Notes: generated by a model not told the origin, from the letters alone. 64,000 nucleotides of DNA from Alphaproteobacteria bacterium (GCA_030054135.1 JASGCN010000002.1:21484-85483), one strand, 5' to 3'; positions 30,523 through 42,004 are shown, counted from the stretch's first letter. Translations and numbers: made by a program.

Positions 30523-32169
30523 ATGGCTAAAAAAGTTTTATTTTCAACAGATGCACGAGATAAAATAAAAAAAGGAATGGATATACTTGCTCGCGCTGTG
30601 CGGGTAACCATTGGCCCATTTGGAAGAAATGTTGCGCTTGCAAAAAGTTATGGGGGGCCAACCATTACCAACGATGGAGTTTCTATTGCAAAAGAAATAA
30701 CACTTGAAGACCAGTTCGAAAATATGGGCGTTGAAATACTAAAAGAAGTTGCATCAAAAACCAATGATATTGCAGGGGACGGGACCAGTACTTCAATTGT
30801 GCTTGCGCATGCGCTCATCGATAAAGGTATGGATCATTTAGGAAAAGGAATAAACGCCATTGCTTTGCGGGCGGGGATTGAACGTGCAACAAAAGAAGTT
30901 GAACATGGGCTTGATCTTGCAAAACGAGATGTTCAAACAGATGAAGAAATTCAACAAGTTGCAACCATCTCTGCAGAGAACAAAGATATAGGAAAAATTA
31001 TTGCAGACACTGTTAAAAAAGTTGGCAAAGATGGTGTAGTTACCGTTGAGGAATCACAAACATTTGGTATTACATCAGACATTGCAGAAGGAATGGAATT
31101 TGATAAAGGATTTATTTCTCCATACATGATGACAAACCCTGAACGCCTTGAAGCTGAATATAAAAATGTTCCAGTGATTATCACAGATAAAAAAATATCT
31201 GCAATTAAAGAAATTCTTCCTCTTCTTGAAAAACTTGCACAAACGGGTAAAAAAGATGTTGTGATTATTGCTGATGATGTTGATGGAGAAGCACTTGCTA
31301 CTCTTGTATTAAATAAATTGCGAGGAACATTTAATGTGCTTGCAATTAAAGCCCCTGGGTATGGAGAGCGTAAAAAAGAACTTCTTGAAGATATTGCGGT
31401 TACGCTGGGTGGGAAAGTGATTGCCTCTGATTTGAATATGAGTTTTGATAAAGTAGAAATAGCAATGCTTGGGGTTGCGTCAAAAGTTGTTGCCACAAAA
31501 GATAAAACCGTTGTCGTAGGAAAAGACACCAATAAAAAAGAAATAGAAGCACGCGTAGTAATGCTTAAAAATCATGCAGAAGAAAGTACTAGCAAATATG
31601 AAAAAGAAAAAATATATGAACGGATAGCAAAGCTCACAGGGGGTGTGGCGGTTGTATATGTTGGTGCAGCAACAGAACTTGAAATGAAATATTTAAAACT
31701 TAAAATTGAAGATGCAGTAAATGCAACAAAAGCTGCAATTGCAGAAGGTATCGTTGCAGGAGGTGGAGTTACTCTTGCAAAAATTGCTCACAAATTAAAA
31801 GATCGTTTGCCCGCGAAAGACACAAATGATGAGATGACAGGAGAGCGATTGGTGTATGATGCGCTTTTTGAACCATTGTATCAAATTGTTGAAAATGTAT
31901 ATGGAGAAAAAAAACAAGCTCAAGCAATAGTAAAAAAAGTACTTGCACACACAAGTACTGATGCAGGATTTAATGCACTCACAAAAGAAGAAGTGAAGGA
32001 TATGTTTGTGGCTGGAATTATTGATCCAGTGAAAGTAACTCGCTCTGCTTTAAAAAATGCAACTTCAATTGCGTCTACTTTTCTCACAACTGAGGCAGCT
32101 GTGGTTGATATTCCTGAACCAAAAACACAAACATCTGATGGCAGGGGTGGGGGTATGGACATGTACTAG
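30523..32169 (+). CDS. groEL: Chaperonin GroEL
   Basis: MAKKVLFSTDAR..., GDGTSTS..., C-terminal GGGMDMY. Confidence 0.95.
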   Translation: MAKKVLFSTDARDKIKKGMDILARAVRVTIGPFGRNVALAKSYGGPTITNDGVSIAKEITLEDQFENMGVEILKEVASKTNDIAGDGTSTSIVLAHALIDKGMDHLGKGINAIALRAGIERATKEVEHGLDLAKRDVQTDEEIQQVATISAENKDIGKIIADTVKKVGKDGVVTVEESQTFGITSDIAEGMEFDKGFISPYMMTNPERLEAEYKNVPVIITDKKISAIKEILPLLEKLAQTGKKDVVIIADDVDGEALATLVLNKLRGTFNVLAIKAPGYGERKKELLEDIAVTLGGKVIASDLNMSFDKVEIAMLGVASKVVATKDKTVVVGKDTNKKEIEARVVMLKNHAEESTSKYEKEKIYERIAKLTGGVAVVYVGAATELEMKYLKLKIEDAVNATKAAIAEGIVAGGGVTLAKIAHKLKDRLPAKDTNDEMTGERLVYDALFEPLYQIVENVYGEKKQAQAIVKKVLAHTSTDAGFNALTKEEVKDMFVAGIIDPVKVTRSALKNATSIASTFLTTEAAVVDIPEPKTQTSDGRGGGMDMY

Positions 32170-32189
32170 TAAAGTGGTACAATAGAAAT

Positions 32190-32744
32190 ATGAATATACT
32201 ATATATTGTAATTATAATATTTGTACTATTAGTGTTATATGTGATTTTTGCTTTCAACTCTCTTGTTGCAGCACGCAATAGAAAAGAAAACGCGTGGTCA
32301 GATATTGATGTGCAAATGAAAAGAAGATATGATCTCATTCCTAATCTTATAGAAACAGTAAAGGGATTTGCAAAACAAGAAAAATCAGTTTTTGAGGAAG
32401 TAACAAAAGCACGCAGTCAAGCAATGCAAGCAGGGTCTCTACAAGAGCACGCACAAGCAGAAAATATGCTTACTGGTGCGCTTAAATCTCTTTTTGCGGT
32501 GAGTGAAGCGTATCCTGATCTTAAAAGTAATCAAAATTTTCTTCACTTACAACAAGAGCTTGTAGATACAGAAGATAAAATACAAGCGGCTCGTCGATTT
32601 TTCAATTCTGCCGTGCAAGATCTTAATGACAAAATACAAATGTTTCCTGGAAACATTATTGCTACTATTTTTTCATTTAAAGAAGAAGAGTTCTTTACAT
32701 TGGAAGAACAAGGTGCTCGTCAGCCAGTGAAGGTATCATTTTAA
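32190..32744 (+). CDS. lemA: LemA family membrane protein
   Basis: N-terminal TM then NSLVAARNRKENAWSDIDVQMKRRYDLIPNL LemA signature. Confidence 0.85.
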   Translation: MNILYIVIIIFVLLVLYVIFAFNSLVAARNRKENAWSDIDVQMKRRYDLIPNLIETVKGFAKQEKSVFEEVTKARSQAMQAGSLQEHAQAENMLTGALKSLFAVSEAYPDLKSNQNFLHLQQELVDTEDKIQAARRFFNSAVQDLNDKIQMFPGNIIATIFSFKEEEFFTLEEQGARQPVKVSF

Positions 32745-32752
32745 ACACAATT

Positions 32753-33661
32753 ATGGCATCTCTCTTTACACAAAAAAGTGGAAACATTTGGCGAACATAT
32801 ATATTGATGGCGGTGTATATAGGAGTGGTGCTTGCTATTGGTGTTTTTGTGAGTTTGTATACAAAAAGTAGTGCTGCACTCTACATCGCACTTGCGTTTG
32901 CGTTACTCATGAATATTTCTTCTTTTTGGTTTGCAAATACTATTGTGATGAAAATGCAAGGCGCACAAAAGGCAAACAGAAAAGAACACTATGAAGCTTG
33001 GAATGCACTTGAAAATATTTGTATTAGTATAGGGCAACCAATGCCAGAACTCTACATTATTAACGATCCATCTCCTAATGCGTTTGCAACTGGGAGATCT
33101 CCAGAACATTCAGCGATTGCTGTAACTACTGGGTTACTTGATATATTAAATAAAAAAGAACTTGAAGGAGTAATCGCGCATGAATTGGCTCACATTCAAA
33201 ATAGAGATACACTTCTTATGGTCACAACTTCTGTACTGATGAGTGTGGTTACTATTTTACTTGATATGTTGTTGCATGCAAGTGGGTTTATGCAATCAAG
33301 AGAGGGGAGAGGAAATATCATTTTTATAATCATTGGAATTATTGCAGCATATATTTTGCTTCCTCTTATTATGACAATTATTCAAATGGCAATCTCTCGT
33401 AAAAGAGAGTTTTTGGCAGATGCAACGGGCGCTATATACACTCGCTATCCAGAAGGGCTAGCATCTGCTCTTGAAAAAATATCAGGAATGGCGCGACCAA
33501 TGAAAGTTCAACATGCATCCACGGCACACTTGTTTATTGCAGATCCAACAGCTCAAGACACAGGCAAAAAAATTATAAAAAAAGAAGGGAACTTTTTCAC
33601 TCGCGTTCTATCCACTCACCCACCAGTTGCTGAACGTATCAAGCGCCTTCGTAATGCATAA
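32753..33661 (+). CDS. htpX: HtpX-like M48 zinc metalloprotease
   Basis: HELAHIQNRD (HExxH) within TM protein; classic lemA-htpX pairing. Confidence 0.85.
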   Translation: MASLFTQKSGNIWRTYILMAVYIGVVLAIGVFVSLYTKSSAALYIALAFALLMNISSFWFANTIVMKMQGAQKANRKEHYEAWNALENICISIGQPMPELYIINDPSPNAFATGRSPEHSAIAVTTGLLDILNKKELEGVIAHELAHIQNRDTLLMVTTSVLMSVVTILLDMLLHASGFMQSREGRGNIIFIIIGIIAAYILLPLIMTIIQMAISRKREFLADATGAIYTRYPEGLASALEKISGMARPMKVQHASTAHLFIADPTAQDTGKKIIKKEGNFFTRVLSTHPPVAERIKRLRNA

Positions 33662-33783
33662 AATTTTTGTGTTATACTTATATTAGAAAACAACAATAGG
33701 AGATTTAAATGGAAGAAAAAAAAAATCAAAATAGTACATACATATGTACGATTGAGGGCACTATTGTGTCTGAGCCAGAAAAA

Positions 33784-33813
33784 CCCGACAACGAATAGTT
33801 GTTGGGTTTTTTT
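33784..33813 (+). terminator. Rho-independent terminator (CCCGACAAC-GAATA-GTTGTTGGG + T7)
   Basis: Hairpin plus T run downstream of htpX. Confidence 0.6.
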
Positions 33814-34050
33814 ATATACATATGTGTTAGTAAAATCAATGGCTTACAAAATACCTTGTGATTTTAATTCCGAACAAAGCGAGCATGGTGTAGTTGGCAT
33901 TTCCTTCGTTTGAGCAGCGAACGAAGCATTCGGTTTATATTATAAAATTGCAACTGTCTGAACGAAGTGAGTTTTGCAATTTTAAATATAAGAGAATGCG
34001 GAGTGAGCGAATAGCGAAAACGGGAAGTGACAAGTATACCTGCGAGCGAG

Positions 34051-34122
34051 TGACCCTACCGGGGATCGAACCCGGGTTAACAGATTGAAAACCTGCTGTC
34101 CTAACCGCTAGACGATAGGGCC
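34051..34122 (-). tRNA. tRNA-Glu (anticodon UUC)
   Basis: Cloverleaf folded by hand: acceptor GGCCCTA/TAGGGTC, T-arm CCGGG-TTCGATC-CCCGG, anticodon loop TTTTCAA. Confidence 0.8.
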
Positions 34123-34167
34123 GTACATATACGATACTATACATGGTACCTTTTTTCAAAGTGAATA

Positions 34168-34238
34168 TGTCGGATCGTCTAATGGTAGGACATCGCCCTC
34201 TGGAGGCGAGTATCTTGGTTCGAGTCCAAGTCCGACAA
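34168..34238 (+). tRNA. tRNA-Gln (anticodon CUG)
   Basis: Acceptor TGTCGGA/TCCGACA, T-arm CTTGG-TTCGAGT-CCAAG, anticodon stem TCGCC/GGCGA with loop CTCTGGA. Confidence 0.75.
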
Positions 34239-34273
34239 CTATGTATGCATAAAAAATGTAGTATTATATAACT

Positions 34274-34780
34274 ATGAAAATATTAGAAATAGGAAAAGTT
34301 GTATTGAAAACAATAACCGTGATTATTATTATTTTAGGCGTGTGGGTCATTTATAGACTAGGTTTTAGTGGCCCAATTCCGGCACTTGCTTTTGTAGATT
34401 TTCCTGCAGAAGTTAAAGAAATAAAAATAAACTCTATTGACTGGAACAATGCAAAAAATAAAAAATTTACAACCTATCAAACAGCAATAAACGAAGCAGT
34501 AAAAACACAAAAAATTAATCTTGCTGGCAAATACACTGCAGTAGTGGTTGGATGTGGAACAGCATGTAGCCACGCATATTTTGTGAACAGAGAAACTGGA
34601 ACAATAACAGATTCAAAAATAACTGCCACTAATGGATTTGAATACAGAAAAGATAGTACTTTATTTGTAATGAATCCAGTTGATCAAGTATATAAAACAT
34701 ATGGAGACCAAGTTCCTGAAGATGTTTTGACACAATATTATGTACTAGAGGACGGTGTTCTAAAAATACTTAATCCGTAA
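34274..34780 (+). CDS. Hypothetical secreted/membrane-anchored protein (168 aa)
   Basis: ORF track; N-terminal signal anchor. Confidence 0.45.
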   Translation: MKILEIGKVVLKTITVIIIILGVWVIYRLGFSGPIPALAFVDFPAEVKEIKINSIDWNNAKNKKFTTYQTAINEAVKTQKINLAGKYTAVVVGCGTACSHAYFVNRETGTITDSKITATNGFEYRKDSTLFVMNPVDQVYKTYGDQVPEDVLTQYYVLEDGVLKILNP

Positions 34781-34835
34781 TAGTTTTGTTCGTGTTTTGA
34801 AATAAAAAAGATCAATTTGATATTTTTTGTGTATA

Positions 34836-35684
34836 ATGAATAATATGGTGTTTAAGGAAATTAATATCATTGAAGAAAAACCATTCAATCAAGAAACTTA
34901 TAATAAATACATGGCAGAGGGGGTTAAGTTATTCGAATCAAAATCTTTTTTTAAAGCAATACAATATTTTGAAGAAGCAAAAAAGCTAGATCCAGTAAAT
35001 TATCTGCCATATTTTTATCTAGGGAATATATATCTGCAATTAGGAAAGCCTTTATGGGAGAAATTAGATCTAGAAAATATTGATCGTGAGACAATAGAAA
35101 AACTTTTGAAAGCAAAGGTTTTTTTTAATAAAGCGATAGTAAATTATATTAGTTTGATACAATATATTGAAGTAAAAAATGATATCAAAATGGATACTCT
35201 CATTAATGTATTTATTTACTGTGGGTACACATATCATCAATTAGGATTAATTACAAAAATAATTCTTCGTCATGAGCCAATCGCAATACAACTCCTCGGA
35301 TCAGAAAAAATTAATAAATTAGAATATGTTTCTTACTATACTCAAGTAAAAAAATATTATACTAAAGTAATGGAATATTTCAATGATCTAAATCCAGATC
35401 AAAAAAATCTTATTTTTGATATATATATAGATTATGCAGAGGTGTGTTTTGAATTAGGAGAAATTTCAAAAAAAATAGGAAATGACACCATCGCAATAAA
35501 GAATTATGTTGAGGCAGAAAAACATTATTCAGAAGCAAAAGATAATTTTAGCGAAGCAAAAAAGGCTTATGGAGAAGTATTAAAATTAAACCAATCACAT
35601 GCTTCTGCGGATATTAATCTTTCAGAAACAAACAGAATGATAGAAGAAATACCAACACAATTATCAAGTACAAAAATACAGTAA
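34836..35684 (+). CDS. TPR-like repeat protein
   Basis: AIQYFEEAKKLDPVNYLPYFYLGNIYLQLGK TPR-like helices; start uncertain (34827 TTG / 34836 / 34845 ATG). Confidence 0.5.
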   Translation: MNNMVFKEINIIEEKPFNQETYNKYMAEGVKLFESKSFFKAIQYFEEAKKLDPVNYLPYFYLGNIYLQLGKPLWEKLDLENIDRETIEKLLKAKVFFNKAIVNYISLIQYIEVKNDIKMDTLINVFIYCGYTYHQLGLITKIILRHEPIAIQLLGSEKINKLEYVSYYTQVKKYYTKVMEYFNDLNPDQKNLIFDIYIDYAEVCFELGEISKKIGNDTIAIKNYVEAEKHYSEAKDNFSEAKKAYGEVLKLNQSHASADINLSETNRMIEEIPTQLSSTKIQ

Positions 35685-35777
35685 GATGCACTCATGGTAA
35701 GCAATGGGTAGGGTGGGAACCAACATTAAGAAAAAAAATCAGAATAGTTTTTCCACATGTAGTATACTATAGATAGT

Positions 35778-38378
35778 ATGCATGATGGTATGAAGAATTC
35801 TAATACTATGCCATCAAAAAATATAACCAAAGAAGATATACGAAAGGAATTTATTTTTTTGCCAGAAGAATATAGAAACAAACAATACAGAAAATTTGTA
35901 GAAACTGAAATGAAAAGGGGTATCAAAACTTGTCTTTCCTGTAGAAAACAAAAAAATTATCAAATGACACTGCATCATGTGCTTCCACTTGGAGTGTTTG
36001 GAAGTAAAGAATCAGACACTCTCGCTCCATTGTGTATTGATTGTCACAAGGCAGTTACGTATCGGGTAAAACTTCATACCACACAAAGAGAAGAATGGAT
36101 CGATGCAACTGCAAATGAAATTGTACGTATGCAAAAAATTCTTGCAGACATTGAATCAAAACGAGTGTACACGCACAGTACATTTGAAAAATTTCCAGAA
36201 AAACCTTTTAATGCGCGCGATCTTCCTATTTCTGAAAAAGCAGCAGACATTATGCAACTTGTTGATATGTATGGCATTGTCATAGTATCTGCAAGCACTG
36301 GCTCAGGAAAAACAATGTTAATTCCTGAGCTTTTGCAACGATCAATTGGTGGAAAAGTATTTTGTACTCAACCAAGACGCATTGCTGCTCGTTCGGCATT
36401 TGAAACAGTTGCCCTCACTACTAGCGAGGGTACACATATCCCAGGCAAACTTCCAACCAATGAATATGTGGGGTATCGTACACGACACAAAGATCATACC
36501 GTTTCATCTACTAAAGTCATTTATGGAACAGCTGGTATTTTGCGCAGACAACTGGAACATGATCCACTGTTGAGCGAGTATCGCACTATTTGTATTGATG
36601 AACAGCATGAACGCTCAATTGATATTGATCTTATTACCGCACTTGTGTATGAGGCATACACAAAAAGAAAGGGAACAACAAACCCGCTTTCAATTGTTAT
36701 TATGTCAGCAACTCTTTCGGTAGAGTATTTGCAAAAAAAATACACCATTGATCCACAAGCCCTCATTGAAGTTACGTCTCGCAGATTTCCAGTCGATCTT
36801 CATTTTCTTGATGAAACACCGCACCCAAGTGATACATCAGATGCGGGAGCACATGTTGTGGAAGATATATTAAAAAATACGAAATATGGTGATGTATTGG
36901 TGTTTATGCCAGGTAAATATGAAGTGGAACAAACAATTGTAAAATTAAAGGAAAAATTAGGAGAGCGTGCTCCATATATATTTGTACCTGTGCATGCAGA
37001 TTTATCTGCAGATGAACAGCAATTGATATATACAGTGGCTGAAGAAGGTACCAGAAAAATAATCGTCGCGACAAACATTGCTGAAACTTCTCTTACTATT
37101 CCAAATATTGCATATGTTGTTGATAGTGGATTAAAGCGAGAAAATTATTTCAATACCGAGCATGCAATTAATGAGCTTCGTATGCAATATATTTCTCTTG
37201 ATGAACAAACGCAACGCACTGGTCGTGTGGGGAGACAATACCCAGGAGCATACTACGCATTGTATTCGCCCGAAACTACTCTTTCGTTTAAAAAACAACG
37301 AGATCCAGAAATACTTCGTGCCAGCATTAGTAGAGCGATTCTCACACTTGCAAGTGTTGGAGTAAGAGATTTCAAAAAATTTCCATTTGTTACCGCGCCA
37401 AAAGAAACAGTTCTTGAAAAAACTGCAAACAAACTCACCATCTTAGGTGCATTGCGAATAGATGAACAAGGTAGGTATTTTATTACCGATGAAGGACGTG
37501 TGCTGATTGACTTACCTCTTGAGCCACACATTGGTAAAATATTGATACATGCATGTGCGAGTGACGCATTATGGGTTGCAACCCCTGTGCTTTCTCTTAT
37601 GTCAGAGCGGTCGCCATTTATAAAATCAACTGACGAAGACGAAAGAGAAGACGCCACTGTGGCACACAAAAAATATATATATCCGTATTCAGATTTTTTT
37701 ACTATGCTTAAAATATGGGCAGGGTATGTGTCTGCACGAACACAGTACGAAATATTTGTTGATTTAGAAGCATGGGCAAAAAAAGAATACCTGCGTCTCG
37801 AAGTGCTTGAACGCGCTGAGGAAAATTTGAACCAGTTGTATGAAGTATTGGCAGATAATAAAGAGTTTATCGCAACGATCACATCAAAACATGTGCAAGA
37901 CATAGCAAATACCATTAACTCTCACCAAGCAAAAAAATTAAATCATACCAATGAAAAAATAAGCACAGACACTTTGGAAGTGCTTAATGGCGTGATTTGT
38001 TCTTCTCTTGCATGGAATGTATTTATTTTAATAGAAATAAATAGAAAAAACCCCAAAAAAGTATATGGGGTGTATGAATCACACAATGGTGCAGTGAAAA
38101 AAATACAAGCACGCGTGTATGCTGTGGGGCAGTCCACGTTACCAGAGGCTTTTGTTTGTGGTGGGGTGTTTACGCTTACACATTTTGATGACAAAACATT
38201 AGTACACGAACATGAAAAAATAAAAACTCTTACACAACTGCATCCAACAGAACGTCCACAAGGAGCGAAAAATTTTTCTAGGAATATCTTTTCAGAAAAA
38301 AGCTTATACCCCAGAAATAACAAACAGCACGGCAAACACAAAAAAACATTCCAAAGACGAGGTGGAAAAAGATATTAG
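35778..38378 (+). CDS. HNH-endonuclease domain fused to DEAH/RHA (HrpA/HrpB-like) helicase, 866 aa
   Basis: N-term CLSCRK...LHHVLPLGVFGSKESDTLAPLCIDCHKAV (HNH); helicase motifs SASTGSGKT (I), CIDEQHERS (II), MSATL (III), TNIAETSLTIP, QRTGRVGR (VI). Confidence 0.7.
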   Translation: MHDGMKNSNTMPSKNITKEDIRKEFIFLPEEYRNKQYRKFVETEMKRGIKTCLSCRKQKNYQMTLHHVLPLGVFGSKESDTLAPLCIDCHKAVTYRVKLHTTQREEWIDATANEIVRMQKILADIESKRVYTHSTFEKFPEKPFNARDLPISEKAADIMQLVDMYGIVIVSASTGSGKTMLIPELLQRSIGGKVFCTQPRRIAARSAFETVALTTSEGTHIPGKLPTNEYVGYRTRHKDHTVSSTKVIYGTAGILRRQLEHDPLLSEYRTICIDEQHERSIDIDLITALVYEAYTKRKGTTNPLSIVIMSATLSVEYLQKKYTIDPQALIEVTSRRFPVDLHFLDETPHPSDTSDAGAHVVEDILKNTKYGDVLVFMPGKYEVEQTIVKLKEKLGERAPYIFVPVHADLSADEQQLIYTVAEEGTRKIIVATNIAETSLTIPNIAYVVDSGLKRENYFNTEHAINELRMQYISLDEQTQRTGRVGRQYPGAYYALYSPETTLSFKKQRDPEILRASISRAILTLASVGVRDFKKFPFVTAPKETVLEKTANKLTILGALRIDEQGRYFITDEGRVLIDLPLEPHIGKILIHACASDALWVATPVLSLMSERSPFIKSTDEDEREDATVAHKKYIYPYSDFFTMLKIWAGYVSARTQYEIFVDLEAWAKKEYLRLEVLERAEENLNQLYEVLADNKEFIATITSKHVQDIANTINSHQAKKLNHTNEKISTDTLEVLNGVICSSLAWNVFILIEINRKNPKKVYGVYESHNGAVKKIQARVYAVGQSTLPEAFVCGGVFTLTHFDDKTLVHEHEKIKTLTQLHPTERPQGAKNFSRNIFSEKSLYPRNNKQHGKHKKTFQRRGGKRY

Positions 38379-38413
38379 TAGCACAATGTATCAAATTGTG
38401 GTATTGTTTTTGT

Positions 38414-39115
38414 ATGATTGATATACAAACGATATTCAACACTACCAATAAAATATTATTTGTTATTTCTGTTGTAATTCTTATAACGATAAGCATCGTG
38501 TATATTGGTTCTCGCAATTTTTCTGATAACTTGTATTATGTTGAAGTAAAAGGAGTGGCAGAAAAAATAGTAAAAGCTGATATCGCAATATGGTCGATTA
38601 GTTTTGAAGTAAAGAGCAATGATGTGCGTCAGTTGTATGCAGAAATTGAACGCAATATAAAAAGCACTCAAACATTTCTTACAAAATCAGGATTCATTGA
38701 ATCTGAAATTAATCTTGCTCCAATTGATGTGTATCAAGACACGTACGAGCAAGCAAAGTTTCGTTACAATGCTCATATAAATATTTCTGTATATACAAAC
38801 AAAATAGACCAAGTAAAAAAAGTATCACAAAATATTCTCCCGCTCATCCAACAAGGAATTATCGTAAGCGGAGGATACGGTAAGGGAGTCACCTATGAAT
38901 TTAGTGATCTTAATAGTATAAAGCCCGAAATGCTAAACGAAAGTGTGAAAAATGCCAAGAAAAGTGCTGAGCAATTTGCTACAAGCTCTGGCGCATCTCT
39001 TGGGCGCATTGCAGGAGCAACTCAAGGTATTTTTAGTATAGAAAACAAAGATCCAGGATCACCAGAATATAAAAAAGTAAGGGTGGTGAGTACTTTTAAA
39101 TTTTTAATTAAATAG
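38414..39115 (+). CDS. SIMPL-domain (DUF541) protein, membrane-anchored
   Basis: C-terminal ...NAKKSAEQFATSSGASLGRIAGATQG... resembles SIMPL family; N-terminal TM. Confidence 0.55.
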   Translation: MIDIQTIFNTTNKILFVISVVILITISIVYIGSRNFSDNLYYVEVKGVAEKIVKADIAIWSISFEVKSNDVRQLYAEIERNIKSTQTFLTKSGFIESEINLAPIDVYQDTYEQAKFRYNAHINISVYTNKIDQVKKVSQNILPLIQQGIIVSGGYGKGVTYEFSDLNSIKPEMLNESVKNAKKSAEQFATSSGASLGRIAGATQGIFSIENKDPGSPEYKKVRVVSTFKFLIK

Positions 39116-39126
39116 TGATATATCTA

Positions 39127-39155
39127 TTGACATACTGTGAAAGGATGTATATAGT
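39127..39155 (+). promoter_or_regulatory. Putative 16S rRNA promoter TTGACA-N17-TATAGT
   Basis: TTGACA 39127-39132, TATAGT 39150-39155; same architecture as 23S promoter. Confidence 0.5.
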
Positions 39156-39370
39156 GTATCTACTACAAGGGTACTCGCACCCAGTTAGTGTATGCACTAA
39201 TTAAAACCTTTTTTAAGGGCGAAATTCACTTGTATTTGCTCTTTAACCAGTATTGATAGAATAATAATCTACAAGAAAAAAAGAAAGTGGTAATCGTATA
39301 TTTACTTTTACCCCGATCTTTCCTTTTGATTTGAAATTAAAGTGATTTGATGATAACAAAAAAAATATAT

Positions 39371-40828
<1,458 letters not shown>

Positions 40829-41023
40829 CTTTTGAGCAATCTGTAATAAGATTGTTTGGTCAAATGTCTTTACTTTATGTAAAGACAAGATAATAACACA
40901 ACATCTCTAAAGAGTGTTCGGTATAGCCCATACACGATAGGGTAGGAAAGAACGGGGTAAAAGTAAGTAGACGATATCATAGATTATTTTTTCTATACAA
41001 TATTGGATAACGCGAAACAAAAA

Positions 41024-41050
41024 ATAACCGCAATATTGCGGTTATTTTTT
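41024..41050 (+). terminator. Rho-independent terminator downstream of 16S (ATAACCGCAATATTGCGGTTAT + T6)
   Basis: Hairpin plus T run. Confidence 0.55.
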
Positions 41051-41063
41051 GTTTCAACACATT

Positions 41064-41216
41064 TTTTATCAAAAAAACAGAGAAGTTGTTATTTCTCTAT
41101 TTTTATGTTTTAATATAATCAGAGCTATATATAAAAAGTAAAAAAAAGAATAGACAATAGTGTCTCTTTCTTGTTTTTTTATTTTGGTCATCAACGATCA
41201 CATATAGTTAGGATCT
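41064..41216 (+). repeat. Conserved ~150-bp leader element copy 1 (promoter TTTTAATATAATCAGAGCTATATA + short terminator-like hairpin + T run) upstream of small membrane-protein gene
   Basis: Near-identical to 41860-42004; partially conserved at 54897-54999. Confidence 0.6.
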
Positions 41217-41789
41217 ATGTCAAAAATATTGTTTTTTTTGTTCGGGTTAATTTTTATTAGTATACTGTTTACGGTATACGCCAACTTTGATAAGATAATA
41301 AATAGCGGAAATCCAGGTGTAAATTTATTAATTTACATGATTATTGGAATAATTGCATGGGTATTCACTTATTTGTTTTTCAAATTTGCTTTTAAAAGTA
41401 AACAGTCCAATGAAGACTCTGAATCAACATTTTTCTTCGAATTAGGAAAAATGTTAAATTCAAGTGAGGGAGAATGCAACGGCACCTCTTTTGTTTTTGC
41501 TTTACTGTTTATATCAATTTCTGTCATATTTTATTATGACTTAACAGAAGATTGGATAGAAATTTACAAAACGAGTTTTTGGGGAGTGTATGTTGTTATA
41601 TTACTCATAACCGTTACGCTCTCAATTGTTTATTTAAATGTAGGTTATAAAAGGTCTACATTTAAAAAAGAATTTTTTGAAATGTTTTTTGGAACAAATC
41701 ATCAAAAAACAACAATTGCAAATGGTGGTATTCTATCATCTATTAAAAAATTAATAGAGTACATTGATTCATTTGCAAAATATTTATAA
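41217..41789 (+). CDS. Hypothetical polytopic membrane protein (190 aa)
   Basis: ORF track. Confidence 0.5.
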   Translation: MSKILFFLFGLIFISILFTVYANFDKIINSGNPGVNLLIYMIIGIIAWVFTYLFFKFAFKSKQSNEDSESTFFFELGKMLNSSEGECNGTSFVFALLFISISVIFYYDLTEDWIEIYKTSFWGVYVVILLITVTLSIVYLNVGYKRSTFKKEFFEMFFGTNHQKTTIANGGILSSIKKLIEYIDSFAKYL

Positions 41790-41796
41790 TGTAAAA

Positions 41797-41826
41797 AACC
41801 AGAACAGTGTGTTCTGGTTTTTTTTA
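41797..41826 (+). terminator. Rho-independent terminator (AACCAGAACA-GTGT-GTTCTGGTT + T8)
   Basis: Hairpin plus T run. Confidence 0.6.
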
Positions 41827-41859
41827 GTTTCAAACCAAATTTTTATAAATTGCGTTCTT

Positions 41860-42004
41860 TTTTATCAAAAAAACAGAGAAGTTGTTATTTTTCTATTTTT
41901 ATGTTTTAATATAATCAGAGCTATATATAAAAAGTAAAAAAAAAGAATAGACAATGGTGTCTCTTTCTTGTTTTTTTATTTGGCCACCAAGGGCTTATAT
42001 AGAT
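41860..42004 (+). repeat. Conserved leader element copy 2, ending in GGCCACCAAGGGCT box
   Basis: ~95% identical to copy 1 over ~130 bp. Confidence 0.6.

Noticed and set aside
33734-33749. Palindrome GTACATACATATGTAC between htpX and the terminator
   Set aside because: It is short, AT-rich and likely chance in this composition. No associated feature was found.
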